DNA of 63,163 bases, counting the filler, from Diploschistes diacapsis (lineage: Eukaryota), in the NCBI GenBank assembly GCA_023645945.1. It is 23 parts of 23 records of this genome, joined end to end, with 100 filler letters (N's around TTAATTAATTAA, not from the genome) between each part and the next. Parts side by side here need not be neighbours in the genome. Positions count along the whole stretch, not along the records: positions 35,870 to 36,974 come from JALAIB010003934.1; positions 37,075 to 38,179 come from JALAIB010003935.1; positions 38,280 to 39,384 come from JALAIB010003936.1; positions 39,485 to 40,588 come from JALAIB010003937.1; positions 40,689 to 41,792 come from JALAIB010003938.1; positions 41,893 to 42,996 come from JALAIB010003939.1; positions 43,097 to 61,959 come from JALAIB010000394.1; 16 more parts are not named here. One strand, 5' to 3'. Shown here one piece after another: positions 36,236-47,981 of this stretch. The notes under the pieces are model-generated. The model was not told the DNA's origin and searched no databases. It worked only from the letters and a program-made list of their open reading frames with translations. Numbering within the stretch: position 1 is the first letter of the stretch; each line of letters begins with the position of its first letter. The translations under genes and the position numbers were made by a program.

Positions 36236-36974
36236 TAGGCTGGCCGTTTCGTGCCACGGACACTTCCACGGACACTACCGATAAAAATTTTAAAACACGA
36301 CACTACCACGGACACTACCGCTAAAATTTTAAAACACGGACACTTCCACGGATACTGTATTGTAGTAAAAGCACGGACACGGACATTACGACTAAAAATT
36401 ATAAAATACGGACATTTCTACGGACACTACCGCCATAATTTTTAAAACACGATACTGCCACGGATATAATACTATAATAAATCTACCGAAATATTATTAT
36501 AAATTTATCGAAACACCGCGGTAAAAAAATAAAAACGTGAAAAATAAACGTGATAATTCTAAAATTATTAAAAAATAAATATTATTTAAAAGTATTTCGG
36601 TGAATATACGGACACGGTAACAAATCTATTAATACGGACATTACGATTAAAAATTTTAAAACACGGACATTTCCACGGACATTATACTGCAGTGAAAGCA
36701 CGGACACGGATATTACGACTAAAAATTTTAAAACACGGACACTTTCACGGATATTATATTATAATAAATTTATCGAAATATTACCGTAAATCTATCGAAA
36801 CACCGCGATAAAAAAATAAAACCCTAAAAAATAAACGTAATAATTCTAAAATTATTAAAAAATAAATATTATTTAAAAATGTTTCGGTGAATACACGGAC
36901 ACGATAATAAATCTATTAACACGAATATTATAATTAAAATTTTTAAAACACGGATACTTTTACGAATATTATAT
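36236..36974 (+). mobile_element. TIR element family E, left end and higher-order tandem array
   Basis: Same terminus. A ~300-bp block recurs at ~36320-36620 and ~36620-36920. Confidence 0.78.
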
Positions 36975-37080
36975 NNNNNNNNNNNNNNNNNNNNNNNNNN
37001 NNNNNNNNNNNNNNNNNNTTAATTAATTAANNNNNNNNNNNNNNNNNNNNNNNNNNNNNNNNNNNNNNNNNNNNATGTTA

Positions 37081-37828
37081 CATCACGAAAAGTTTTTCAA
37101 GCAAAAAAAAATTTCTGGCGAAAGTGCCTGTTTCGCGGGTTTCGCCCATTTCGCCAGCTTTCGCCAAAACGTTTGGCGAAACGTGGCGAAACCGGCGAAA
37201 CTGGCGAAACCGGCGAGGCCAATCATTTTTATTACGTAATCAAAAAATAAAAAAGCATTTTTTTAATATTTAAAAAAAAATATTTTTTCGAAAAAAATAA
37301 TAAAAAATCCGCTAATTTAGCGCCGGATAACTAGCGTTAAAAACTCGCTAAAGTTCTCACGGCGCGAATATCCACGCTTACGTAATATAAAATACGCCAT
37401 TCTTAATATTTTCGCGACAATATATAGTCCCTGATCAACCCCGTTAAATGCGATACCACTAGTACTAATTAATTCGAATATTATAAATAAATTATTAACT
37501 TAGCGAAAATACTTTATAATAGGAATAATATTAATTTAAATAATTACGTAATTATGATTATATAATCATTAATTTTTTTGCTTACGTAATATATTAATAA
37601 AAAAATGATTGCCCTCGCCATCTTCGCCAGCTTTCGCCAGTTTCGCCAGTTTCGCCAGTTTCGCCAGTTTCGCCGGTTTCGCCAGTTTCGCCGTGTTTCG
37701 CCAAACCTTTTGGCGACACACGGCGAGTCACTTGAACGCATTATCTATCGCCCACCTTGCCGGTTTCGCCAGTTCCGCCAACTTCGCGGGTTTTCGCGGT
37801 GTTTCGCAGCCAAAAACTTTTCGTGATG
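37081..37828. mobile_element. Complete non-autonomous TIR element family F (748 bp)
   Basis: 17-bp perfect TIRs CATCACGAAAAGTTTTT / AAAAACTTTTCGTGATG, subterminal (TTTCGCCAG)n 9-bp arrays, inner inverted repeat GGCGAGG.CAATCATTTTT, AT-rich non-coding core. Confidence 0.82.
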
Positions 37829-37896
37829 TGTCCGTGTCGAGAAAATTTTTGCTGCGGTATCCGTGTCAGTGTCCGTGGCACGAAACGGCCAGTCTA
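37829..37896 (-). mobile_element. Family E left end (host of the F element)
   Basis: ...CCGTGGCACGAAACGGCCAGTCTA terminus. Confidence 0.75.
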
Positions 37897-37905
37897 GTTT
37901 AACTA

Positions 37906-38179
37906 ACGTGTTTGACGGTCATCTCGGCCCCCCCTTATCTCGGCCACTTTTGCCAAGAAATATTTTAAATCTTTAATAACTCTTCGAATTTAATCGTTAT
38001 TTTTGAATTTTTTTCGAAATATTACTATTAGCTCAATCATCTATCATACCCGAAAAATATACATTGATTATATTTGCAGTTATTCTTCTAAAGCGAATTG
38101 AATATAACGACTCGAAAACACGTATTATTTTATCTTTCAAAGTCGGTCATAACGGTGCAAAATTTTTTTTGAATATATC
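37906..38179. mobile_element. End of another pogo/Fot1-like element
   Basis: TA|ACGTGTTTGAC terminus with direct repeat ATCTCGGCC x2. Confidence 0.65.
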
Positions 38180-38532
38180 NNNNNNNNNNNNNNNNNNNNN
38201 NNNNNNNNNNNNNNNNNNNNNNNTTAATTAATTAANNNNNNNNNNNNNNNNNNNNNNNNNNNNNNNNNNNNNNNNNNNNAACGGAATTTAATTCGGAATT
38301 ATTTAAATTAATAATAATATCGTTTAAGTAATTAAACTGGGTTTTAAGTGATAAAACTTTTATTTTTTTAAATTAATTTTAATTAATATTTCGTTAATTT
38401 TATATTAATTAATTTATTAATGGATAAGTATACTAATATTTTTTAAATTTATTTTTATAATTTATTAAGTTCGTTGAAAGTTTTTATATATTTTAACTTT
38501 TTAAATATCTTTTTTATCTAATTTAATATATA

Positions 38533-39384
38533 TGAGACAGCCCAGCCCAGGGGCCTGCCAAGCCACGGTAGCGTTAGTGCCCAGGGGCTTGCCAAGCCAC
38601 GGTAGGGTTAGTGCCCAGGTGCTTGCCAAGCCACGGCAGGGTCAATGCCCAGGTGCTTGCCAAGACACGGCAGGGTCAATGCCCAGGTGCTTGCCAAGAC
38701 ACGGCTGGATCAATGCCCAAATGCTTGCTAAGACACGGCAGGATTAGGGAATGGCTATATAAATGGGTAATCCCCGAACCCCGGTAAATCTAACATCTAT
38801 ACTACTTAACGGTGCCTTCCTCCCATCTAAATAGTTTCTTTTTTAGCTTTTTAAATCGAGACCTTTTATCTACAAATGTTTAAGCTATACCTAATCCTTC
38901 CGGATCAGGTCTAGCCCCCGATAAAATAATATCTTTTCCTACGCTAACGTTTCATATTCGAAAGCTTACTTTACTTTCGTACTCGTGACGAGAATTTAAA
39001 ACGTTAACCGAATTAAATATTTAAGTAAATCTACGATAACCGGAACTCGAAAGTATTACCCGCCGATTTATTATAAATAATGACCCCCGCTGGTAGAAAG
39101 GATCAAAAAAGAAAAAGAAAATCGATAATATTTTCGTCTTTTAAAGAATTAATCGAGATATTATCGGTTAAAGAATATAATTTAGTAAATAAATCGTTAA
39201 TTAAAGAACAATCCGTAAGATATCCCGCGTTATAATAATTATTAACGTTAGGGATTTTTAAAGGATTTAATATCAGCGAAGAACTAATACGGGAAAGATA
39301 TTAAAAAGACTCCCGCGACGAATTTAAACGACGAATGTTTTCGTTTAAAGACCCGATAAAAAAATAGGTTAATTAAGATAACGT
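38533..39384 (+). mobile_element. LTR-A retrotransposon 5' end: 5' LTR (38533-38954) with about five 34-bp U3 repeats, PBS, putative gag ATG at 39080
   Basis: TGAGACAG...CGTTTCA. ORF relic MTPAGRKDQKRKRKS is also present, more degraded, near 33132. Confidence 0.87.
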
Positions 39385-39551
39385 NNNNNNNNNNNNNNNN
39401 NNNNNNNNNNNNNNNNNNNNNNNNNNNNTTAATTAATTAANNNNNNNNNNNNNNNNNNNNNNNNNNNNNNNNNNNNNNNNNNNNGTGGGGGGGGGGGGGA
39501 GAAGCAGCGGTAAATGGCCGGTACCAAATAACTAATGGCTGCTGTCTACAG

Positions 39552-39827
39552 AACGAGACTCGGGCAAAGACGAGGCCGTGGTCTTTGTGTTCATCATCGC
39601 GACCGTGAGCCTGCTGGGCTGGGCGCTGATACAGCCGTTTGTGACGCGGTGGATGGAGGTAGGTCTTTCCCCTTTCCCCGGGGTCTTTGACGGCAGTCTT
39701 CATTTTGTTCGTGACGGAAAACCAGTGGGAGTGGAACATGGAAGAATGGGCAGACTGGCTGACGGGGCTATAGCAGGCAAAGGAGCGGAGATCGTATATA
39801 CCCATCGCCAACGTGCAGGAGAGCTAG
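39552..39827 (+). CDS. Last two exons (39552-39658, 39774-39827) of a small single-pass fungal membrane protein
   Basis: CTAAT...CAG acceptor, then RDSGKDEAVVFVFIIATVSLLGWALIQPFVTRWME, a GTAGGT...CTGAC...TAG intron, then QAKERRSYIPIANVQES*. Confidence 0.65.
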
Positions 39828-40307
39828 CTTCGATACTGGGGACTCATAAGGGGGCGATATGGAATATCCATCCAACCGTTTCCGCACTTTCTGGCGTTCT
39901 CGGGCATTTCGTAGAGGGCACTCAGCGGCGCACGGGATATGGCGGACTGAGCATTTGGTACCCGTCGTTCACGGCATTGCAGGGGAGTTATGGCGTCTGA
40001 CTTCATGATTGCCTTTTAAGCACGAATGTACCTCGCACAGAGCAGGTCTGGAGTTCAAAAACGAAGGCCCATCTCGCATATCGTTGTCCAGCCAGCTAGG
40101 CTCTCCCACAGTCATGAATCAGTCTCTAGCAAGTATCCACCATAAGTAAGTATACACGTGCAAGCAATATCTCCATCCCCAATCTCCAACCCCACTGCCA
40201 CCCTCACCATCTCATTCAACAGACCCATTCGTCTCCCCTTTCGTTTTTCTCCCACATCCCGGAACCCTACCTCAGCCCACCATCCCATACCCATCTTCGG
40301 AAACACT

Positions 40308-40532
40308 CTAGATCCCCTCGCCCCTCCCCTCCTTACTGACCTTCGCCTCCGCGGCGCCTTCGAGCGGGTGCGACGGGTTGCTGCTCAGCATGTTCTCTTT
40401 GGCGTTGTCGCTGACCTCCTGCGCATGCGTGTCCGAGGGAGCCGCGCCCACCTTGCCTTCGACCTGTTGCGACACCTTTTCCGGCGCCTGCTCCGGCTCG
40501 GGAGATTGGCGGCCTGCGTTGGGGGCTGACAT
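40308..40532 (-). CDS. Small hydrophilic 74-aa hypothetical protein (MSAPNAGRQSPEPE...)
   Basis: ATG in good context with strong GC3 bias. It resembles, from memory, a family of small ascomycete proteins (RQSP.PE...L.SNP.HPLE..A..K). Confidence 0.7.
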   Translation of the reverse strand: MSAPNAGRQSPEPEQAPEKVSQQVEGKVGAAPSDTHAQEVSDNAKENMLSSNPSHPLEGAAEAKVSKEGRGEGI

Positions 40533-41083
40533 ATTGGGTTGTGGTGTTGAGGTTGGTGGTCGGTGGTTGGTTTTGCGGGGGGGTGGGGNNNNNNNNNNNN
40601 NNNNNNNNNNNNNNNNNNNNNNNNNNNNNNNNTTAATTAATTAANNNNNNNNNNNNNNNNNNNNNNNNNNNNNNNNNNNNNNNNNNNNGGAATGTTTAGA
40701 TATAAAAAAAAGTAACATAACGTTTTATTTTAAATTAACTTTAAATTTAATCGCGCGAATTAACGAACCATTTCTTAATATTTCTTTTCGATAAATAGGT
40801 CGTAAGAAATAAACGTGAGAAATTAATCGAAATATACATTAATATAAGGTCTTAAAGGAGGATTCTTTCCGTAAGTTGGCAGTACGAATAACGAATAAAA
40901 GCGAGAAACGTAATATAACTCGTGATTTATTAATATTCGGATTAAGTTTAAATCTTTTATTTCGTTGGACGGAAAATCTTGTTATAAAAAAGCTGTTTAG
41001 AAGTTTCGGGTTTAATATCTAATTATTAAGACGAATTAAGATGAGATAGAAGCTGGATAAGTTATTTAACGACGTGTAAAATT

Positions 41084-41792
41084 TAGGCTGGCCGTTTCGT
41101 GCCACGGTCACTGACACGGACACTGCAGCAAAAATTTTCAAAACACGGACACTGACACGGACACCGCAGAAAAAATTTTCTCGACACGGACACTAACACG
41201 GACACTACACTATAATAAAAACACGGATACGGATATCGCAGTAAAAAAATTTTCGGCACGGACATTAACACGAACACTATATTACAGTAAAAGTACGGAC
41301 ACGGATATTATAATTAAGATTTTTAAAACACGGATACTGACACGGACATTATAATATAATAAAAATACTAACACGGACATTACAGCTAAAATTTTCTCGG
41401 CACGAATACTAATACGGATATTACAATACCGTAAAAGCACGGACACGAATATTATAATTAAAATTTTTAAAACACGGATACTGACACGGATACTATAATA
41501 TAATAAAAGTATTAACACGGATACTATAACTAAAATTTTCTCGATACGAACACTAACACGGATATTATAATACCGTAAAAGCACGGACACGGATATTATA
41601 ATTAAAATTTTTAAAATACGGACACTAACACGGATATTACAATATAATAAAAGTATTAACACGGATACTATAATATAGTAAAAATATTAACACGGACACC
41701 GTAATGCAGTAAAAATATTAACACGGATACCGTAATGTAGTAAAAACACGGACACGGGACATTATATTAAAATATTCGTATTAATGTTTTTA
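41084..41792 (+). mobile_element. TIR element family E, left end and tandem array
   Basis: Same terminus and ACACGG-rich units. RIP damage increases away from the end. Confidence 0.78.
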
Positions 41793-41892
41793 NNNNNNNN
41801 NNNNNNNNNNNNNNNNNNNNNNNNNNNNNNNNNNNNTTAATTAATTAANNNNNNNNNNNNNNNNNNNNNNNNNNNNNNNNNNNNNNNNNNNN

Positions 41893-42709
41893 CTTATTTT
41901 CTTTAATTATTCGATATCGTAATATTTTCGTCGTTAAAAAACGCGTTGGCGTAAAAAACGGATTATATTACTCGATTAAATAGATCGCGTATGGTACGCT
42001 CAGAATAAATCGAATTATTTTTAATAACTCGGAATCGAACTATTACGAATCGAAACGCTTAAATAAATTTTATAAATATTAAATTATAATTTAATAATTT
42101 TATAATCGTGTTTAATAAACTTTTTTCGATTTATCGGACCTCTTTATCTTTATTTTATAGCTTTTTTTTAATTTCGAATCAATTCGATTTAGATTTATTT
42201 TTATTATATAATTCTTTATTAAATGCGACCGAACTGCGAAAGACCAATAAAAAGTTTAATTAAACGTTGCGAGCCGTTTTAGAACTAATTAACCCGATTC
42301 GACGTTATTTAAATCGAATAACCCGTATGCTTAAATCGATGTATATTAAGCTTATAACGTTTCGTAAAGAAAAGCGAAAACAAAAAACGTTTCTTAATAA
42401 TCGTAAGAAACGTAAATTAAACAAATAAATCGAATTAAAAAATCGTTTTATATTTAATACAGACGAAGTTCTTAAAATAACAGCTCGGGCTGAATCGAGT
42501 CGGACAATTTCGAAACGATCTGCAACGCGTAAAAAACGTTATCGCGTTTCTGAAATCGAAGAGGATAAAAAGGAAGAAGATAGATTCGATTTAGATCGAT
42601 TAAATTCTAATTACGACGAACAGGTTATATCTAAAAACCGTAGAATGTTAGCGGTAGTGATTTAAGATGGCCGGAATCTGGGGGTGGCCGGAATCCCCGT
42701 GAAACACGT
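41893..42709 (+). mobile_element. pogo/Fot1-like family D, transposase C-terminus and 3' TIR (uninterrupted reference copy)
   Basis: Relic RKEKRKQKTFLNNRKKRKL..IELKNRFIFNTDEVLKI. The TIR contains G(A/G)TGGCCGGAAT x2 and ends GTGAAACACGT|TA. Confidence 0.85.
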
Positions 42710-43096
42710 TATTTTTATTTTAAAACCGTTGAACTATACGATAATCGAGAAACAACCGATTATTCTGAAAATTAATACAAGCAAAATTGATTAAAAAGAT
42801 TTTTTAAAACAATTAAATATTAATAAAAATCGTCGTTATATGTCTAGATACGAAAGCGGAATATGATCTCCTTCGAAAACAAAATATAATGCTAAAAAAC
42901 GCGAGTACCGGGAATTATTAAAGATTTTAAAAAAGATAAGGTTTTATTTATATAGAGTATATTTTATTCTTAAGTTAGACGCCAAAACCTTAATATNNNN
43001 NNNNNNNNNNNNNNNNNNNNNNNNNNNNNNNNNNNNNNNNTTAATTAATTAANNNNNNNNNNNNNNNNNNNNNNNNNNNNNNNNNNNNNNNNNNNN

Positions 43097-44544
43097 CTCA
43101 ACAGCCCACCCTTTGGCGTCTTTCCCTTCTCGAACCCCCACAAAGCACCGCCCGCACTTGCCTTGCCAGTCCCCACCGTCCCTCCCGGCGCAAGCCCACC
43201 AACTTTTCCCAAAAGCCTGTGCCCGGCCGGCGTGAGCGCCTTGCCCCCTACCCCAGTTCCACCACCACCAGCACCACCGGCCGCACTGCCCGTCACTCTG
43301 GGCGTGAACCCAAACCTCGGTGTCGCCTGCACCGGCGTCTTCGTCTCCCTCTCCAACTTCTCCCTCCTCTTCCCCCTAGCCACTTTATTCACCATCCGAT
43401 GATGCAGCTCCTCCCTCGAACTCCTCTCCTTGATCGTGAACGGATTGTGCACCTTGTCCGCGGGCCCGAACTCGATCTTACGGTAGTCCGGCATTGGTGC
43501 CGCCTCGGGCTCGGGCTCGGGCTCTTCGCTGTCCACGAAGGCGTAGCCGTTTACGCGCGGCGTTTCGGCGCCCGCGAAGCCGGCCTCGCTGGATGAAGAG
43601 AGGCGAGGGCGGCCGGCGATGGCGTCTTTGACGGCTGAAAGGGAGGGCGAGGGCGGGACGGAGGGGGTGCTGTGGATAGTGGTGTTGGAGGGCATGCGCG
43701 TGTTATCGTATACGACTGCCTTCGGCCCAATGCGGGAGCGCTCTTCGGCAGCTTGTTGGGTTGTTTGCAGTTCGTCTTCGATGCCGGCGGGGTTGAACAT
43801 AAGGGTGTTGTGCGGGCGGCTTTTCCACGAGTCTGGGGCTGCAGGCCGGGTATCTAGCTCGGTAACACTTTGTGAGATCTTACCGTCTTCGGCTTCTTGT
43901 GCTTGAGAGTCAGCAAGGAGCTTTGCCTGCTGCTTGCGGTATGCGATTTGCCGGGGCTCAGGTATCTTGTTGCCGTTGTATAGGTAGGCTTGCTTTTCAA
44001 CACGCTTGATGTTCTGCCTATCGAGAAGCTTGTAGAATGATTCTGCGTCTTCAGAGACGTATTTGGACTGGAACGCCGACAGGGAGAGGTTCGTGTCGAT
44101 TGGGGGGTTGGAGGGATCTCTATTTGTGGTCGGGGTGGTGCGCGATGCTGTGGTATTGACGGTACCAGGCGTATCGCCCCCGGACCAACCTAGCGGTGTT
44201 TCACCAGCGGAGCCGAAAAGCCCAGACCCGGGTGTCATGCTCACACCTCGTCGGCCACGCAGGCGGCGCCCGTCACGGCCAGGCGTCATGGCCTCTGTGA
44301 GCTTTTGGCCGGCAGAGGCGATCCAATCCGCGTCTTTAGAGTCTAGTGCACTGAGGTACTCCTCCTGAGACTCTAGCTCGAGAAGGCCTGGGAAGAAGTC
44401 GCGCGCTATGATGTGAGAGAGAGCGTCGGTGTAACTGTCTTCGTCTAGGACTTTGGAGGGTCGTTTGACACGCTTTGGTGGGGGCGGTGGCGGCATCAAA
44501 GCCGTATCTAGGGCCCGCTTCGTGAGCGCTTGAGAGGAGGACAT
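43097..44544 (-). CDS. ESS2: Splicing factor ESS2/DGCR14 (Es2) homologue, 3' end truncated
   Basis: VLDEDSYTDALSHIIARDFFPGL, LSLSAFQSKYVSEDAESF, HNTLMF and ETPRVNGYAFV are Es2 family motifs. Confidence 0.9.
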
Positions 44545-44862
44545 GATGGAACGTGTCTAAAGATGTGGGAGAATCCTAAGAGTGTAGGGGAACGCCTTCG
44601 GGATCGGAATATGTAGATGTTTTGAGTCAACCTGAGTGGGAGAGACAAAGCAGGAGTATGACGGTGGAAGTGTGGCTAAAGGGCCCCCCCCTGTAGCTGT
44701 GGCTCAAGTGCGTATATTCATCTACAAATGCCATGGTATTGGTTTTTTTAACTCGACTCTTTATCAACCTCGACAGCTCTCCAATCCAGTATATCTCACC
44801 CCCCTCTCCTTGCATTTCCAAACAATGGACAGCCTCCAAAGCCGGTGATCCTAACCCCCACA

Positions 44863-45306
44863 ATGGCGGAGCCCGACCCTCCCCCTCCAAACCCCAAAAA
44901 GCGCAAGTCCAAATCCAACTCCAACTCCAAATCATCCACCATCTTCTCCAGCACCACGATCCGGCACTTCCCGTTCACCTACTTCCACCTCGTGCTAGTG
45001 TCCGCTTCCGCCCTCACCATGGCCGCCACCGCCAAGTTACCGCCCATCGATCTACTCACTGTGCGCACGCATCTCACTTCGGCTCTGACTCGATTCCTGG
45101 GGACTACAGGCGCTGCTATTCCGGTGGACATCTTGAGAGTCGAGGGGCGCGATGCGTGGGTGAGGGTACCGTATCAGGACGGCAGGGCGGTTACGGAGGC
45201 GCTGGCGGGGTGGATGGGGAACGAGGTTGCGTGGAAGGTTAGGGAGAGTGGGTGCTGGGTTGGGGGATTGGTAGGGAGTAATGGGCATGATTTGTTCGAC
45301 GATTGA
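44863..45306 (+). CDS. POP8: RNase P/MRP subunit Pop8-like protein
   Basis: YFHLVL...IDLLTVRTHLTSALTRFLGTTGAAIPVDIL...WVRVP fits filamentous-fungal Pop8. Confidence 0.75.
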   Translation: MAEPDPPPPNPKKRKSKSNSNSKSSTIFSSTTIRHFPFTYFHLVLVSASALTMAATAKLPPIDLLTVRTHLTSALTRFLGTTGAAIPVDILRVEGRDAWVRVPYQDGRAVTEALAGWMGNEVAWKVRESGCWVGGLVGSNGHDLFDD

Positions 45307-45589
45307 GATGAGGCTTCATGCCCTGTTGAGTTCACAGATGTGAAGCCATAATAAAGCGCCAATAAAGCAGTCGGCAATTAAACGCATGCCCATGAAACCG
45401 AAGTTCAGAGTGGGTCTTTGATAATGTATGTTCTGGACTACCTGGTATGGGAAAAGACTAGAATGCTAACTGTGCTCTTGCAAGCCCACTTTCTAAGGCA
45501 TGGGAATGCGCCGTGAAATGCTGAGTGGTATCTTGCAGATAAAGATCGCTAGACGAAGATAGTTCCAAATTCGATTGTTTAGTCCTTGT

Positions 45590-47228
45590 TCACATCATCA
45601 TGGACATTAGAGAGTTATTGACGTAGGCCTAAATAGCATGTTAGAGACAAGGTAACAGTATTAGTAGGCAGCTTACCATAGGTTTGATGTCGGGATGTGG
45701 CACGGCGTCAAATTGGTGAAATTCTAGCTTATGTTCCGGGCCTATATTTATATATGCTCCTTTATTTTCAGTCGTATCGCAGTATTTGGGAGCAGAAAAG
45801 ACTGTGACATGGTTAGAAATACAATGACATCGTTTGGGGCGTTCCATACCCGTGATGCACCGTCCATCATGCTCGACTTCGTAGCCCTCCATGCGAACTT
45901 CATGACTGCGAATTACCGCCTCTAACCCATTGGCTTCGCAGAACCTCTTTGTGACATCTGGACCAAACTGCAGTCCAACGCCTCGTTTACTGGGCCCCCT
46001 TCCAGGAGTGGTTTGCGGATCGGTCCATAACATTTCCATCATTAGCCCTGCCTGACCGGGTTGCTTCTGCTTATGCCGATTTAGCTTGCGAATGTCATCA
46101 AGCGATGTCTTGTCGTCCGAAAAGAGACCACCATGGAGAGTGAAGTATTTCTTGCCTATTAGTGTGGCCAACGGAAGGGAGGAAAATGTCTCCGAGAAGA
46201 GTTTGAACGTCTTTTCGTTGTATTTTGCCTTGCATTCCCCTTCAAACCCATAGACCCTGTTCATATCGTCCGTTTCATGATTGCCGCGGTTCAGGAAGAA
46301 TTTGTCCGGTCGGAGCCATTTGTAAGCGTAGAGGAGCAGGGCGATCTCCGTAGACCAGGATCCTCGGTCTACAAAGTCACCGTTGAAAAGATAGTAGTGT
46401 GAGTCGCTGGGGAAGCCATTGAGTCGGAAAATCTCCAACAGGTCAAAGAACTGGCCGTGAGTGTCGCCACAGACTGTAAGCTTATGACCCTGAGGAACTT
46501 CCATTTCGACCATAGTGGGCTCATCGTAGACAATCTTGTTAACGGCCGCAAGGATCTGATAGACATATCTGCGGTGTATCTTCTTGCCTGTTTTGAACCT
46601 CGCGATCATGTCATCGATGAAATCCTGGGTCATGGACTCGCCCAGTTTCGCGCCATCATAACCCGCATCAATCGCGATCGAGTCGATTTCCAGGCCCTGA
46701 AACGGTGACGGAGCATCGGTAATTTCGATGGCATGTAAGAACTCGATGCGCTTGACAATCTTCTCACATTCTGCAAGCTTCAATTTGGCATCACGATTAT
46801 TCGGCTCCTTCCGAACAACTGTTTTGAAGTCTTTCAAGGCCTCTTTCGAGTTCAGAATCGCAGTATTTGCGATAGCCCTTCGAAAGTACGCCTACGCAAC
46901 TGCTGAGATTTTGACGTTATGGGATTTTGATTAGCCCATACCTTTACGTAATTTGGATCCAACTTGATCGCCTCAGTTGCATCTGCTATAGCGTATCCAT
47001 ACGATTCAAGTTTGATATTGGCCTGAAAGGCACGTGAGCATAAACACTTCTCATATTTTGAACAGAGATTTTGAAACCTACCTGTGATCTATTACAAAAG
47101 AATGAAGGATCTTGGTTGTGTTTTTCTATAGCCTTTGTATAGTAATCCACGGCAGCTAGCCAATTGTGAGCGGTGAATGCCTTATTTCCTTCCTGCTTAA
47201 GAGCAAGTGCTTCCTCTTTTGCTCCCAT
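45590..47228 (-). CDS. PPT1: Ser/Thr protein phosphatase 5 (TPR plus PPP catalytic domain), 5 exons
   Basis: N-terminal TPR (LKQEGNKAF...YTKAIE), GDTHGQ, GDFVDRG, RGNHE, SAPKY and C-terminal VPHPDIKPMAY. Confidence 0.95.
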
Positions 47229-47537
47229 TTTGGGCAATATATGCACACGAGATGAGTTCAAAAGGCCTAATTATCCAAAGCAATCAAATAGTTTGTTGAC
47301 AGAAAGTAGGGTTGAGAATGCGTTCAAGATGTTTGAGGATCTGTTACGGTAAGACTGATATTCGAGAAAATGACGACTCGGCCTGTGATTATATGTTCCC
47401 GACACGGGCCGAGCTACAGTCTACGCTAACCTACTCATGCCCTTTGTCTTGCGCGCAACATCATTCATCCAATCTTTTGTTGCCCACCCAGTGATCGTTT
47501 TCTGTGCGCTCCCCCATACCTCCTCACCAAACCCACC

Positions 47538-47981
47538 ATGTCCAGCAGCTACGTCGCCCCCGGCCAATCACGGCACCTGCGCGCCTGCATGGTCTGCTCC
47601 GTCGTCCTCCACCAGAACGTAAGCCTCTCTCTCTCCCCGCCTCCCCCCGCCCCCTTCTTTCCCGAATCTTCCACTTACCACCCCCCCTTCCTTCAGAAAT
47701 TCATGCGCGACGGCTGCCCGAACTGCGAATCCTTCCTCGAGCTCGCCAATCACGACGAAGCGGTTCGGGAATGCACGTCGCAGGTGTTCGAGGGCCTGAT
47801 CACGCTGGCGGACCCGACGACGAGCTGGGTCGCGCGCTGGCAGCGGCTGGACAAGTACGTGCCGGGCGTGTATGCGGTCAAGGTGATGGGCATCTTGCCG
47901 GACGAGGTGCTGCAGCAGATGGAGGACAGTGGGATCCGGTACGTGCCGCGGGACGGGAGTGCGGAGGAGGAGGATACTTGA
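47538..47981 (+). CDS. SPT4: Transcription elongation factor Spt4. Intron 47619-47696
   Basis: LRACMVC...GCPNC zinc finger, [19 protein letters not shown] and PGVYAVKV. Confidence 0.96.
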   Translation: MSSSYVAPGQSRHLRACMVCSVVLHQNVSLSLSPPPPAPFFPESSTYHPPFLQKFMRDGCPNCESFLELANHDEAVRECTSQVFEGLITLADPTTSWVARWQRLDKYVPGVYAVKVMGILPDEVLQQMEDSGIRYVPRDGSAEEEDT

